Shown here: in pieces, positions 11,252-21,570 of the stretch
Numbering within the stretch: the first letter of the stretch is position 1
How the letters are laid out: the number at the start of each line of letters is the position of its first letter
From: Candidatus Moraniibacteriota bacterium
GTDB lineage: Bacteria > Patescibacteriota > Minisyncoccia > Moranbacterales > UBA1568
Length of the DNA: 64,000 nucleotides
NCBI GenBank assembly: GCA_963778555.1
Contig: CAVZUR010000003.1
Location: forward strand, 117,704 to 181,703
Direction: 5' to 3'
Translations under genes and position numbers: made by a program
Notes under the pieces: generated by a model
Told to the model about the DNA's origin: nothing
Seen by the model: only the letters and a program-made list of their open reading frames with translations
Database searches by the model: none

Positions 11252-11283
11252 AAAGCGGGGTACTCTGTCGAGTACCCCGCTTT
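11252..11283. terminator. Bidirectional intrinsic terminator
   Basis: AAAGCGGGGTACTC-TGTC-GAGTACCCCGCTTT between convergent genes. Confidence 0.85.
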
Positions 11284-11297
11284 TCCATTTTTTTAGT

Positions 11298-11684
11298 CTA
11301 TTGGATGACTTCGCGCAGAATCTTGATGGCTTTCTCTGGTGTCGTGAGCGCTTTCACGAGATAGAAATGCGTTTCAAATTGGCCGACTTTTTTGTAGGTC
11401 TCCTCATCATCGACATTGGAGAGTATAACGACCGGAATCCGGCGGAGTTCGGTGTCTGCACCTAATTCCTCCAATACCTCAAAGCCGTTTTTCTTCGGCA
11501 TTTGAAGATCGAGGATGATTGCCTTTGGCCGATGCTCTCGAACGACTTGGAGACCCTCTTCACCATCCTTCGCCAATACGGCGTCGAAGCCTTCACGGTT
11601 CAAGTTAAGGAGATAAATCTCCCGGAGATCAGCATCATCATCGATGACGCACACTTTCGGTCGCACGAAAGGATTTTCATCCAT
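11298..11684 (-). CDS. Single-domain response regulator receiver
   Basis: VIDDD, IILDLQMPKKNG, ILSN and YLVK motifs. Confidence 0.92.
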   Translation of the reverse strand: MDENPFVRPKVCVIDDDADLREIYLLNLNREGFDAVLAKDGEEGLQVVREHRPKAIILDLQMPKKNGFEVLEELGADTELRRIPVVILSNVDDEETYKKVGQFETHFYLVKALTTPEKAIKILREVIQ

Positions 11685-11745
11685 AGTATAATCAGTATAT
11701 CACATCACATTTGTATAACTCATGTGACGGGTATGCTTGACCTCT

Positions 11746-12141
11746 ATGGCTTGGAATGCGCTGACGGCTGATGAAGCGAACATAATTGTTGGGCAGGGAA
11801 CTGAGGCGCCGTTCTCCGGTGTGTATGATGCATTCTTTGCGCCCGGCACCTATGTCTGTCGGCGCTGTAATGCTCCGCTTTATGATGCTCGGACAAAATT
11901 TGATGCTGGCTGCGGCTGGCCGGCTTTTGATGCTGATTTCCCGGATGCAGTGAAGCGCCTGATAGATGCTGACACATCCCGCACTGAGATCCGCTGCGCT
12001 CACTGCGACGCTCATCTGGGCCATGTTTTCTTAGGCGAACATCTGACCGATAAAGATTCCCGCCACTGCGTGAACTCATTGTCGCTACGCTTCATTCCAA
12101 GCGGGAATGAACTACCGCCCGTACTCGATGGTAATAAATAG
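11746..12141 (+). CDS. msrB: Methionine-R-sulfoxide reductase
   Basis: GTEAPF, CRRC, GCGWPAF, HLGHVF and RHCVNS. Confidence 0.96.
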   Translation: MAWNALTADEANIIVGQGTEAPFSGVYDAFFAPGTYVCRRCNAPLYDARTKFDAGCGWPAFDADFPDAVKRLIDADTSRTEIRCAHCDAHLGHVFLGEHLTDKDSRHCVNSLSLRFIPSGNELPPVLDGNK

Positions 12142-12145
12142 AGTT

Positions 12146-12694
12146 ATGGCGCTCAAAAAAGCAGTACTCGCTGGCGGCTGCTTCTGGTGCACCGAGGCGA
12201 TCTATAAACGACTGCGCGGCATTATCTCCGTCATCCCTGGCTACGCTGGCGGTACGACCGAAAACCCAACATACGAAGAGGTCTTGAGCGGAGCAACCGG
12301 ACATACGGAGTCGATCGAAATAGAATATGATCCAGCACTCATCACTTATGAAAAGATCCTCAGTATTTTTTTCTACACGCATGATCCGACAACCTTGAAT
12401 CGGCAGGGTGCAGATGTCGGCACACAGTATCGCTCGGCAGTCTATTATCGAGACGAGAGGGAACGTGAGACTGCTGAATGCCTCGTAAAGGAACTGGCGG
12501 ACAAAAAAGCCTATGCCGATAAAATTGTCACGGAGATAGCTCCGTTTACAAATTTTTATCCCGCCGAAAACTATCACCGCGACTACTATGATCGTAACCG
12601 ATCGCAGAGCTATTGCAGCTTCGTCATTGACCCGAAGATCGCGAAGTTCCTAAGAGAATATGCTAGCGATGTGAAAGACGCATTCAAAAAATAG
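12146..12694 (+). CDS. msrA: Methionine-S-sulfoxide reductase
   Basis: GGCFWC, HDPTTLNRQGADVGTQYRS and AENYH. Confidence 0.96.
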   Translation: MALKKAVLAGGCFWCTEAIYKRLRGIISVIPGYAGGTTENPTYEEVLSGATGHTESIEIEYDPALITYEKILSIFFYTHDPTTLNRQGADVGTQYRSAVYYRDERERETAECLVKELADKKAYADKIVTEIAPFTNFYPAENYHRDYYDRNRSQSYCSFVIDPKIAKFLREYASDVKDAFKK

Positions 12695-12763
12695 TGTCCG
12701 CCGCGTAAGAAAGACGTCACTGAGGGTGAAGGTGCCGCCCTTCTTTTTTTGAAGATCCTTAGC

Positions 12764-13390
12764 CTATGTTCCTCTGTCCGTCTGACGCCATTCCGGAAGC
12801 GCGGCCATCTTTTTCTCGAGAGCAGAAGCCGGACGCAGCGCCCGCTCATTCGCTCGCGGGACCAGCGGATAATGCCGTGAGGCATCGAGTGCTTCAGCGA
12901 TGTGGGAAAGGTTTTCTTCACTCGTCACCCAGCCAGAGCTGAAACGCGAAAGATTGAAAGGACGCGAATAGGTCCGAAGTGTCTTCCGGCCCGTCGTTGT
13001 CATAAAATATTCATGAAAATACGACAGGGCAAGTTCGCGCACGGTCCGGTAGATCGGATCGCGATACCGGAGTACGCCGTGATTGGTCTTGCTGAGCGCG
13101 CCCCAGAAGCCGTTTTTTCGGAACAGCGTCACGACATGATCAAAGTCATAGTGCAGCGAGCGGAGATCGAGGAGGAGCGGCTCCGCGCCATGATGCCAGA
13201 GTGCAGCGGCCGCAAGGCACGCCGCTTCGATACAATGTGCTTTACCCTCGCGGATCACGACGCGTGGAGAATAGAATGTTTGCCCCTGCTTTTCAAAATT
13301 GAAAGGGAGCGAATCAAGATAATCCTGAATGCGCTCAGGCGTTGAGAGTTTCCGGAGGAGCGCTGATTCTGTTTTCGTTAGAATGGACAT
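12764..13390 (-). CDS. Conserved hypothetical protein, transglutaminase-like fold suspected
   Basis: AHCIEAA Cys and DHVV His motifs. Confidence 0.65.
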   Translation of the reverse strand: MSILTKTESALLRKLSTPERIQDYLDSLPFNFEKQGQTFYSPRVVIREGKAHCIEAACLAAAALWHHGAEPLLLDLRSLHYDFDHVVTLFRKNGFWGALSKTNHGVLRYRDPIYRTVRELALSYFHEYFMTTTGRKTLRTYSRPFNLSRFSSGWVTSEENLSHIAEALDASRHYPLVPRANERALRPASALEKKMAALPEWRQTDRGT

Positions 13391-13562
13391 GCGTCTAGTA
13401 TAGCGGAAAAGAGAAACGGAATACGTAAGTCATGAAGAACGTTTGGCACAGACTAGTAAATTGGGAAAGAAATATTCGCAATTCCATGAGTACCAGGGTG
13501 TCCATCCTAACCCTCACTCCTCTTTTAAGAAGGCGACTGTTTAAGTAACGGTGTGATGCCTC

Positions 13563-16500
13563 TTACGGAAGAGACTGTCCCATCTTCACCACCGCCCCGC
13601 CACTCCGTTCGTAGTATTCCAAGACGAGGGTGTGACTGCCCGCCGTCAAGGCCTGAGTCACCTGATAAGCCGTCGGTGGCTGGTCAATCCAATGGTCGAG
13701 GATGAGAGCACCATCCACGTAGAGCCGGACGCCGTCGTCGGCCGTAATCTCGAAAAGGTAGTTCCCCGCTATGAAGGTAGCGGTCTGTGTGAAGCGAGCC
13801 GAGAAATTATCAATCGGTACCACTCCATCAGGCGATCCGCCACCCCAGTCGAAATTGATGGCCATATCAGTGCGAGTCAGAGACGGGGTGCCCGAGAGTG
13901 TCTGGTTCGGGAAGAATTCGGAGGTGAATCCGGTGGTCGGTACAGGGGGTGGGGTGGTACCAATCTTGGCATAACTTGCCTTGGCGACCGCACCTCCGGT
14001 CCGCTCATAAAAATCCACTCGGAGCGCATGCGTACCCGCCGTCACAACGACGTCTGCGGTATGAATTGTCTCAGCATGATCGTTCCACTGATCGATAACG
14101 GAGGCGCCATCCAAAAAGACGCGGATACCGTCATCGCTTGCTGTTGTGAAACGATAGGTGCCGGCTTCGAAGGTATCGTTTTTTGTCCACTGCGCGACGA
14201 AATGGTCCACACTGACAAGGGAATTAGGTGAAATGTCTCCCCAGTCGAAATCGATGGCTGTCTCGTTTTGCGTCAAGGTCGGGGGAGTAACTGGAATTGC
14301 GGGAGCAGCTCCGGCAGCGGGCGTATTCCAATAGCTCCCTACCCAGACAGTCGAGGGAGGGGGGACAGTACCTCCAACTTTTGTAAATCCGAACTGTGCC
14401 ACCGCCCCGCCAGCATTCTCGTAATACTCCACTCGCAGAACATGACTCCCCGCTGTAAGAGAACGAGTCGTTGTATATGTTGTTGGACCCTGGTCGATCC
14501 AGTGGTCGATAACAGCGACATCATCCACATAGACCCGAATGCCATCATCCGCTGTCGCCGTAAACTCATAATCGCCGGCTGTGAAAGTTTCAGTTTTGGA
14601 CCAGCGAGCCGAGAAATTATCAATCGGTACCACTCCATCAGGCGATCCGCCACCCCAGTCGAAATTGATGGCCATATCAGTGCGAGTCAGAGACGGGGTG
14701 CCCGAGAGTGTCTGGTTCGGGAAGAATTCGGAGGTGAATCCGGTGGTCGGTACAGGTGGTGGGGTGGTACCAATCTTGGCATAACTTGCCTTGGCGACCG
14801 CACCTCCGGTCCGCTCATAAAAATCCACTCGGAGCGCATGCGTACCCGCCGTCACAACGACGTCTGCGGTATGAATTGTCTCAGCATGATCGTTCCACTG
14901 ATCGATAACGGAGGCGCCATCCAAAAAGACGCGGATACCGTCATCGCTTGCTGTTGTGAAACGATAGGTGCCGGCTTCGAAGGTATCGTTTTTTGTCCAC
15001 TGCGCGACGAAATGGTCCACACTGACAAGGGAATTAGGTGAAATGTCTCCCCAGTCGAAATCGATGGCTGTCTCGTTTTGCGTCAAGGTCGGGGGAGTAA
15101 CTGGAATTGCGGGAGCAGCTCCGGCAGCGGGCGTATTCCAATAGCTCCCTACCCAGACAGTCGAGGGAGGGGGGACAGTACCTCCAACTTTTGTAAATCC
15201 GAACTGTGCCACCGCCCCGCCAGCATTCTCGTAATACTCCACTCGCAGAACATGACTCCCCGCTGTAAGAGAACGAGTCGTTGTATATGTTGTTGGACCC
15301 TGGTCGATCCAGTGGTCGATAACAGCGACATCATCCACATAGACCCGAATGCCATCATCCGCTGTCGCCGTAAACTCATAATCGCCGGCTGTGAAAGTTT
15401 CAGTTTTGGACCAGCGAGCCGAGAAATTATCAATCGGTACCACTCCATCAGGCGATCCGCCACCCCAGTCGAAATTGATGGCCATATCAGTGCGAGTCAG
15501 AGACGGGGTGCCCGAGAGTGTCTGGTTGCTAAAATATTCCGCCGCATACCGCTGTGCTTCAGTGAAGACCGCGGTGTATGTCGTGTCGCTTTCGGGCGTG
15601 ATAAGAGTCCTTGCCTGTGCACCGCCATCGAGCCAATGATTGAACTGATAGGAAATGCCGTCCTTTGCTTGAGGTGACGGAACACCGAGCTGCCGTTCAA
15701 AACCAACAACACCCGTTATCGTCCGAGGTGCCTGATAGGGACTTCCCTCGAGACTGATGGCGAGTCCAGACGGAACAGTCTGAAACGTCATATCGCTTTT
15801 CAGTGGATAAATATTGACTGACTGCGTCGCTGACAGACCATTGGTGTCAGTCGCGGTAGTCCTGATCTCGTACCAAATATTGCTGGCTGCTTCACCACTT
15901 TTTGGAAGCCTGAACTCATTCGTTCGACCAATCAAGTTCGAGAGGAAGGGATGGATATGGGTATCGTGATGGAGCACCACATCAGTCAGAATGGCAGCAT
16001 CATTCAGGTCGTTCCCGACACCATCAATCGCTGCCGCCTGATAGCGGATGAGGTCTCCGGCACGGAACGTATCCCCATCATTGGGGGCTGCGAGCGTCAC
16101 GATTGGTGGAAAACCAACCTGAACTGCAATCGGTATCGCCTGAGCAAAATTTAGCCCGTCGCTCACAGTGAGTTGCACCGTGTAGGTTCCTTGCGCAGTA
16201 AAGACCTTAGATGGATTCGGATTGGTTGATCCCGTCCCATCGCCGAAATCCCAAGCATACGTGAGCGCATCACCGTCTGGATCGCTTGATCCAAGACTGG
16301 AGAACCCCACTGTGAGTGGCTCGATGCCTTTGACCACATCGGCGCTCGCATTCGCGATGGGCAGATGGTTATCCGTCGCATAGGTGATGCGATAAAGCCG
16401 ACCGGGAAAATATGTGACATAGTAGATTGATCCGTCCTGCGCGGTCTTCAGATCAACGACGCTTCCCGCATTCGTGTCGAAGTCAAAGACGCCGGCATTG

Positions 16501-17549
16501 TGCCCTTCGCCATCGAGATGCATATACCGGATGAAACCTTGGGCATAATCACTGAAAAAAAGCGCGCCTCGGTATGTTTCCGGAAACATAGTCCCCCGAT
16601 AAATTGGGCCGCCGGTCACCGCTGCACTCTGGCCATTGTGGTTATAGGTGTACTCCGGATCAACAAAACCAGCACAAACAGCGATGCACTCCCCCTCATG
16701 GAGAGGCCAGCCATAATTAGCTCCTTTACGAACGAGGTTGATTTCTTCCCAGGTAAAATTTCCGACATCGCCCACATAGAGCCGATCTGTCGCGCTATCG
16801 AATTGAAACCGCCAGGGATTACGGAGTCCATAGGCGAAAATCTCACCGAGCGCTCCCGGGGTGTTTACGAACGGATTATCGCTCGGGATAGTACCATCCT
16901 TATTGATGCGGAGAATCTTTCCGTGCGGATTGTCGAGCTGCTGCGCGAGCGGGGGATTACCGTTATCGCCGACCGCGAAATACAGTTTCCCATCGGTGCC
17001 GAACCGGATGCTGCCTCCGACGTGAAGTAACTCTGAGGGAAAGGCTGTCTGATAGAGGATGAAAGGGTCTTCGGTTGCGGTGTCCCCGGAGGCGTCAAAG
17101 CGAACCAGGCGGTTTAACTGATCCAGACCGGTGTAGTAGAAGTACACGTAGTGATTGGAGGAAAAGTTCGGATCAAAGGCAATGCCGATCAAGCCTCGAT
17201 CACCGGAAGCGATGGAGGGAAGCTCCACGAAAGGGGTAGGCAAAAGACTTCCGTTCTTGTAAATCTTGATGGCACCGGTCCGCTCTAGAATGAAGATGCG
17301 GCCATCCGGAGCGAATTCAAAAGCCGAAGGCCCGTCCAGTCCGGAACCAATGATCTGAGTGATCTGAAAATCTGCTGGTGGTGCGGCCTGGGCTAGGGAA
17401 ATTCCTATGAAGCAAACGCTCACAGAAAAAATCATCGCTCGAAACAGAGGGTTGATGGACGGAAGGTGCTTAAAAGAAGATTGGGACTGCATACACTGAT
17501 TACGGTGAATCATAGGAACATATTTCGATGACTCTTTGGTATAGGACAC
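13563..17549 (-). CDS. Secreted glucose/sorbosone (PQQ-type) dehydrogenase beta-propeller + PKD + five PA14 domains
   Basis: GLRNPWR and GKILRIN; WDFGDG (PKD); repeated DFDWG...FSARW...ADDGIRVYVD...EYYE (PA14); start codon uncertain. Confidence 0.9.
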   Translation of the reverse strand: MSYTKESSKYVPMIHRNQCMQSQSSFKHLPSINPLFRAMIFSVSVCFIGISLAQAAPPADFQITQIIGSGLDGPSAFEFAPDGRIFILERTGAIKIYKNGSLLPTPFVELPSIASGDRGLIGIAFDPNFSSNHYVYFYYTGLDQLNRLVRFDASGDTATEDPFILYQTAFPSELLHVGGSIRFGTDGKLYFAVGDNGNPPLAQQLDNPHGKILRINKDGTIPSDNPFVNTPGALGEIFAYGLRNPWRFQFDSATDRLYVGDVGNFTWEEINLVRKGANYGWPLHEGECIAVCAGFVDPEYTYNHNGQSAAVTGGPIYRGTMFPETYRGALFFSDYAQGFIRYMHLDGEGHNAGVFDFDTNAGSVVDLKTAQDGSIYYVTYFPGRLYRITYATDNHLPIANASADVVKGIEPLTVGFSSLGSSDPDGDALTYAWDFGDGTGSTNPNPSKVFTAQGTYTVQLTVSDGLNFAQAIPIAVQVGFPPIVTLAAPNDGDTFRAGDLIRYQAAAIDGVGNDLNDAAILTDVVLHHDTHIHPFLSNLIGRTNEFRLPKSGEAASNIWYEIRTTATDTNGLSATQSVNIYPLKSDMTFQTVPSGLAISLEGSPYQAPRTITGVVGFERQLGVPSPQAKDGISYQFNHWLDGGAQARTLITPESDTTYTAVFTEAQRYAAEYFSNQTLSGTPSLTRTDMAINFDWGGGSPDGVVPIDNFSARWSKTETFTAGDYEFTATADDGIRVYVDDVAVIDHWIDQGPTTYTTTRSLTAGSHVLRVEYYENAGGAVAQFGFTKVGGTVPPPSTVWVGSYWNTPAAGAAPAIPVTPPTLTQNETAIDFDWGDISPNSLVSVDHFVAQWTKNDTFEAGTYRFTTASDDGIRVFLDGASVIDQWNDHAETIHTADVVVTAGTHALRVDFYERTGGAVAKASYAKIGTTPPPVPTTGFTSEFFPNQTLSGTPSLTRTDMAINFDWGGGSPDGVVPIDNFSARWSKTETFTAGDYEFTATADDGIRVYVDDVAVIDHWIDQGPTTYTTTRSLTAGSHVLRVEYYENAGGAVAQFGFTKVGGTVPPPSTVWVGSYWNTPAAGAAPAIPVTPPTLTQNETAIDFDWGDISPNSLVSVDHFVAQWTKNDTFEAGTYRFTTASDDGIRVFLDGASVIDQWNDHAETIHTADVVVTAGTHALRVDFYERTGGAVAKASYAKIGTTPPPVPTTGFTSEFFPNQTLSGTPSLTRTDMAINFDWGGGSPDGVVPIDNFSARFTQTATFIAGNYLFEITADDGVRLYVDGALILDHWIDQPPTAYQVTQALTAGSHTLVLEYYERSGGAVVKMGQSLP
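13793..15527. repeat. Near-perfect intragenic tandem repeat with 810-bp period
   Basis: 13793-14717 matches 14603-15527; only one difference spotted by eye (about 13947 G versus 14757 T). Confidence 0.95.
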
Positions 17550-17562
17550 TCATAGCCTCCTG

Positions 17563-19161
17563 TCAAGGCTGGATACTGTCCGCCACCGAAAGCGCTCGGG
17601 GCAAACGCTTATAGATTAAGAGTCCCCCTCGACTCCACTCCAATCGGTAAAAATTCTGAAAAGCAAAATCGATACTGCCTTGCTCCTCCAGAGTAAAATA
17701 ATTCACCCCGGTATCGAAAACAATCCATTCGACGTGTTTCTCAGGCCGATGTACTGCATCTTTCCAATAGCCCCGATTCCCCTCAGTGACAAACTCCTGC
17801 ATGAGTAAACCCGTATGAAAAATAAATGGATCATTGGAGATTGGAACCAAAAGAATCCGACCACCAACGTAGGCCTCTTTCAAGAATTTCCCCCCTGTCG
17901 CCTGTTTATTCTCGGAAATCGTTTGAAACTGTAGCGGCTCCTTGAGTGTGATGGGGAGATCGCGATACAAGAAGAAGATCTGCAGGACCATTAGCGTCCC
18001 GAGGCCCGCTCCAATGAACAGGTGGCGCCAGGAGAAAAGGTTCGCCATGACGAGTGCAACGAGAGGGAGCATCAGCAGTCCATAGCGGACATTGAACAGT
18101 GAGCCCTCTGGAGGGAGAGTGGGGAGATACAACGCGGTAATCCCGAAATAAAGAGCAGCGACTTCAAAGAGAGCCACCGAAAGAAAGAGCAGGATGACAA
18201 TCCGATACCGCCGCTCCCGCCAAAAGAGAAACGGTAGGAAGAAGAGTGCCAACCACACAAGGAGAAAGCCGCAGGTTTCACCCACGGAGGAGAAGTAATA
18301 GTGGAGCGCGGCGGAGAGATTGTGAGCGGTCGGCAAGAGACCGGCTCCCTCAAGCACTCCTTGTTGGGATTGCGCACTGTAATTGCCTGAAAGGAAGTAG
18401 AGTGGATTTCCGAAAATCGCCCAATTCCACAAGAACCAGAGGAGCGGACCGAAACCGGCAAGGAGCGCAAAGGTGATACCCAGACCCTCAGCGCGCTTGA
18501 AACCACCCCAGCGATAAGCGAGAACAATAACAGTCAGAGTTCCGGCGGCAATGAAGAACCAGCCCTCATACCGAACCAATGTGCTGAGGAGTCCAAAAAG
18601 GGCGGCGAGGACAAGGCTCCCGATCGACCGAGTGAGGCTCCAGCGTGTCAGGAAATATGCAGATGCTACCAGTGTGAACAGAAACAAGCTCTCTCCCATA
18701 GGTGTGGTCTGGAGATACAAGAGATTTGGATTGGATACTACGATGAGGCTTGTAATGAAGGCGACGGTGCGGTTTTCTGTCAGGATTTCGGCTAAACGGA
18801 AAGTATAGTAGACGGTACCGAGAAAGGCGAGACCTCCCACAATTCCTCCGGCCAGGCCCGTATGCCACAATCCGTCGCTCCAGACGAAAAGAAGCATCAA
18901 CACATGAGGGAGGGGCAACCACACCCCGCCGATTTGCGTCGCGCCGGGTGTGAGCCCTTCAATGAGCCGGCGGGCGATATTGAGATGACTGGCGGCGTCA
19001 CCGTAGGCGACTGCGACACCGTTCATATATGACCACCAGAACATTGACAGGCTGGCAGCCAATCCCACGATCATGAGGATAGGCAGCGCATCCACCTCGA
19101 AAGAAATGGGGCGTCGCAACCAACTTTCAAATTCTGGTTTGTTATTTAGCCAGAGATTCAT
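17563..19161 (-). CDS. GT-C membrane glycosyltransferase (GT39/ArnT-like)
   Basis: YGDAASHLNIARR, WLPLPH, RYEGW and multiple TMs; start chosen to overlap the upstream stop. Confidence 0.8.
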   Translation of the reverse strand: MNLWLNNKPEFESWLRRPISFEVDALPILMIVGLAASLSMFWWSYMNGVAVAYGDAASHLNIARRLIEGLTPGATQIGGVWLPLPHVLMLLFVWSDGLWHTGLAGGIVGGLAFLGTVYYTFRLAEILTENRTVAFITSLIVVSNPNLLYLQTTPMGESLFLFTLVASAYFLTRWSLTRSIGSLVLAALFGLLSTLVRYEGWFFIAAGTLTVIVLAYRWGGFKRAEGLGITFALLAGFGPLLWFLWNWAIFGNPLYFLSGNYSAQSQQGVLEGAGLLPTAHNLSAALHYYFSSVGETCGFLLVWLALFFLPFLFWRERRYRIVILLFLSVALFEVAALYFGITALYLPTLPPEGSLFNVRYGLLMLPLVALVMANLFSWRHLFIGAGLGTLMVLQIFFLYRDLPITLKEPLQFQTISENKQATGGKFLKEAYVGGRILLVPISNDPFIFHTGLLMQEFVTEGNRGYWKDAVHRPEKHVEWIVFDTGVNYFTLEEQGSIDFAFQNFYRLEWSRGGLLIYKRLPRALSVADSIQP

Positions 19162-20740
19162 ACAATGGCGTTTGTGATGACTGATGATACTCAAAATGGA
19201 GTCCATGCTGCGTCTTTTCCCAATAGTGCGGTTTGAAAATGAGTTGGAAGAGCGCCTTCCAGGCGGCAAAACTCATTAGGAGCCAGTACCCGGGGATGAG
19301 GGCGACATATTTCACCAAATCATACTGCCCGCGGCGGAGCGAACCGAGCACGTGGTAATACAGGTAGAGGAAGTTGCCGAACGCGAGCGTGAATATGCCA
19401 AGATAGAGGATAGTGGGCGGATACAAGGATTCGATCGTGGGACCGACTACTGGACGGAGGACCACATAACTGATTGTCAGGAGCCAAAAGAACGGATTCA
19501 CGAACAAGACAAACGCCTTGCCACCAACAACGAGTTGAAACGCGAGGAAAGAACGAAGACCAGAATGAGCGATGAATTCTCCAGGTCGTCGCATGTGTAC
19601 AAAATAAGTCTGCATATAACCCTTAATCCAACGCGAGCGTTGGCGTATCCAATTTCCGAGGTCACTGTTCGCCTCTTCATACGTGGTTGAATTGAAAATC
19701 GCCGTCTCGTAGCCGGACTGAGCAATCCGCACCCCAAGATCACAGTCTTCGGTCACGTTGTACATGTCCCAGCCCAAGAGCCGGCGGAGCTCACGGGTCC
19801 GGAAATGATTGGACGTCCCACCTAAAGGGATTGGGCAACGCGCCGATTGGAGTCCCGTCAGGATAAGGTCGAACCAGAGCGCGTATTCCATGGCAAAAAG
19901 TCGGGTGAGAAGATTCTGCCGGATATTGTAAAAATCAAGTTTCGCTTGCGCGCAGACGATGGGACGGTTCGTTGTTTTCTGGAAGACCAAATAGGCCTTC
20001 TTCAACTGATCCGGCTCCGGAATATCCTCGGCATCGTAAATGACGGCATACTCTCCGCGCGCATGAGAAAGACCGAAATTACAGGCCTTTGGTTTGGTTT
20101 TCGGCTGACTGTCGGGAACAATGATCTTCCGGAAGTGTTTCGGCAGATTGAGCGCCGTAATACGCGCGATAGTCTCAGCATCATCCTCTTCAAGGAGCAA
20201 CAAGACATCAAGCTTCTCCTTCGGCCACTCTAGCCGTTCGATCGCTTCAATGAATTGCGGCATCACCCCTCCCTCTCGATAGAGGGGGCAGAAAATCGTA
20301 TATCCAGGGAGGTCTGCATCCCTAAGTCTCGCGACATCTGATGCACTCACGACGATTTCATGATCATCCATGAAGCTCCGGACGACGAGGAAGAGCGTGA
20401 ATAGGAGGTGCAGCACATATAGAAAGGTAATGCTCGTAATGAGAAGGAGCAATGACGCATGCCAATCCACTGAGAGTGCCCACTCGAACAACAAGAAGAT
20501 AATGAAGAGGAAAAACGTCTGCGGGCGGTCCAAAGTGTTGAGAGCGCTTTCTCTTTCCGGAAGCTGCGGGTAGCTGAATGCAGCCGATGGCCTCTCAGCC
20601 ATACTGGGTTCGACCCTTAAAAGGCATCGATTCTCCGGCGGCCAAAACGAAGGCGTACGGTCCGCCCACGGATGGACTTCTTCCTCTACCGCTTTTCTAT
20701 TTACAGCCGTTGTTCTCGTTCCAGGGATGGAATCAGTCAT
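19142..20740 (-). CDS. Processive-type family 2 glycosyltransferase
   Basis: YDAED, TEDCDLG and QRSRW; flanking TMs. Confidence 0.92.
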   Translation of the reverse strand: MTDSIPGTRTTAVNRKAVEEEVHPWADRTPSFWPPENRCLLRVEPSMAERPSAAFSYPQLPERESALNTLDRPQTFFLFIIFLLFEWALSVDWHASLLLLITSITFLYVLHLLFTLFLVVRSFMDDHEIVVSASDVARLRDADLPGYTIFCPLYREGGVMPQFIEAIERLEWPKEKLDVLLLLEEDDAETIARITALNLPKHFRKIIVPDSQPKTKPKACNFGLSHARGEYAVIYDAEDIPEPDQLKKAYLVFQKTTNRPIVCAQAKLDFYNIRQNLLTRLFAMEYALWFDLILTGLQSARCPIPLGGTSNHFRTRELRRLLGWDMYNVTEDCDLGVRIAQSGYETAIFNSTTYEEANSDLGNWIRQRSRWIKGYMQTYFVHMRRPGEFIAHSGLRSFLAFQLVVGGKAFVLFVNPFFWLLTISYVVLRPVVGPTIESLYPPTILYLGIFTLAFGNFLYLYYHVLGSLRRGQYDLVKYVALIPGYWLLMSFAAWKALFQLIFKPHYWEKTQHGLHFEYHQSSQTPLYESLAK

Positions 20741-20868
20741 ACAGAATTTGCTCGGTCAATCAATCCACCCCCCACTGACACTTTTTTCTAATATGCCGTT
20801 ATAGCAGACATTCTGAGAAATAGCAATGAACACCCACCGCTCGTGAGCCTTTCTAAATGCTTGAAGAA

Positions 20869-21570
20869 TCAAACCGGCTTTGATGTCAGAAGGGGACCGC
20901 GACGATTGACGGTATGCCGCTTGTCGAACTCGACAGCGAGACGAAAGAATATGACAGTGATACCGACAACGGAGAAGAGAAGACGGGTCGGCGGGAGCGT
21001 ATCGAGTGCTTGGAGATACTGCCCCCAGTATTCCGGCCGCGCATCCGCACCGATCGGGTTGCTCTCGTTCATGGCAGCACGGAGAACAAGAAGAAAGAAG
21101 GCGAGATAGCCGAGCCGGAGTAGATTGCGCCAGCGTATGGGACCAATGGCGATCATCGCAGCATCATTCGAGATAAGTGCCATCCCAGTAAAGATCGCCA
21201 TCGCTGATAGCCCGAGCAATATATCGCTCGTCCAGAAAAACTCGGGGAGCCCATAGCCATAACGCTCTGGTCGGAGCACCGGGAGAAGCAGCATATAGAT
21301 GAGCGCCGAAAAATAGCCGAGAAGACCGAGATACTTTCGGTAGACGACCTTGCTATCGAGGAAATTGAAGAAGTAACCGAAGGACGACAATGAGAGCGAC
21401 AGTGCAAAGAGAACATTCGCCATCCCCGCCATCACTTTGGCAAAGGAGATCAGGGTAAACGGCCCATCGAGTATCGAGACATAGACCACAAAGAAAGCGC
21501 CAACTGCCACAGCGAAGAGCAGCGAGTGACCCCAAAGTTTTTTCGTAAGAGCAGCGCGCGTGTTGTCCAT
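20869..21570 (-). CDS. Ferric reductase-like/MsrQ-like transmembrane protein
   Basis: YRKYLGLLG and LISND...WRNLLRLGY patterns; heme His residues not evident. Confidence 0.6.
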   Translation of the reverse strand: MDNTRAALTKKLWGHSLLFAVAVGAFFVVYVSILDGPFTLISFAKVMAGMANVLFALSLSLSSFGYFFNFLDSKVVYRKYLGLLGYFSALIYMLLLPVLRPERYGYGLPEFFWTSDILLGLSAMAIFTGMALISNDAAMIAIGPIRWRNLLRLGYLAFFLLVLRAAMNESNPIGADARPEYWGQYLQALDTLPPTRLLFSVVGITVIFFRLAVEFDKRHTVNRRGPLLTSKPV

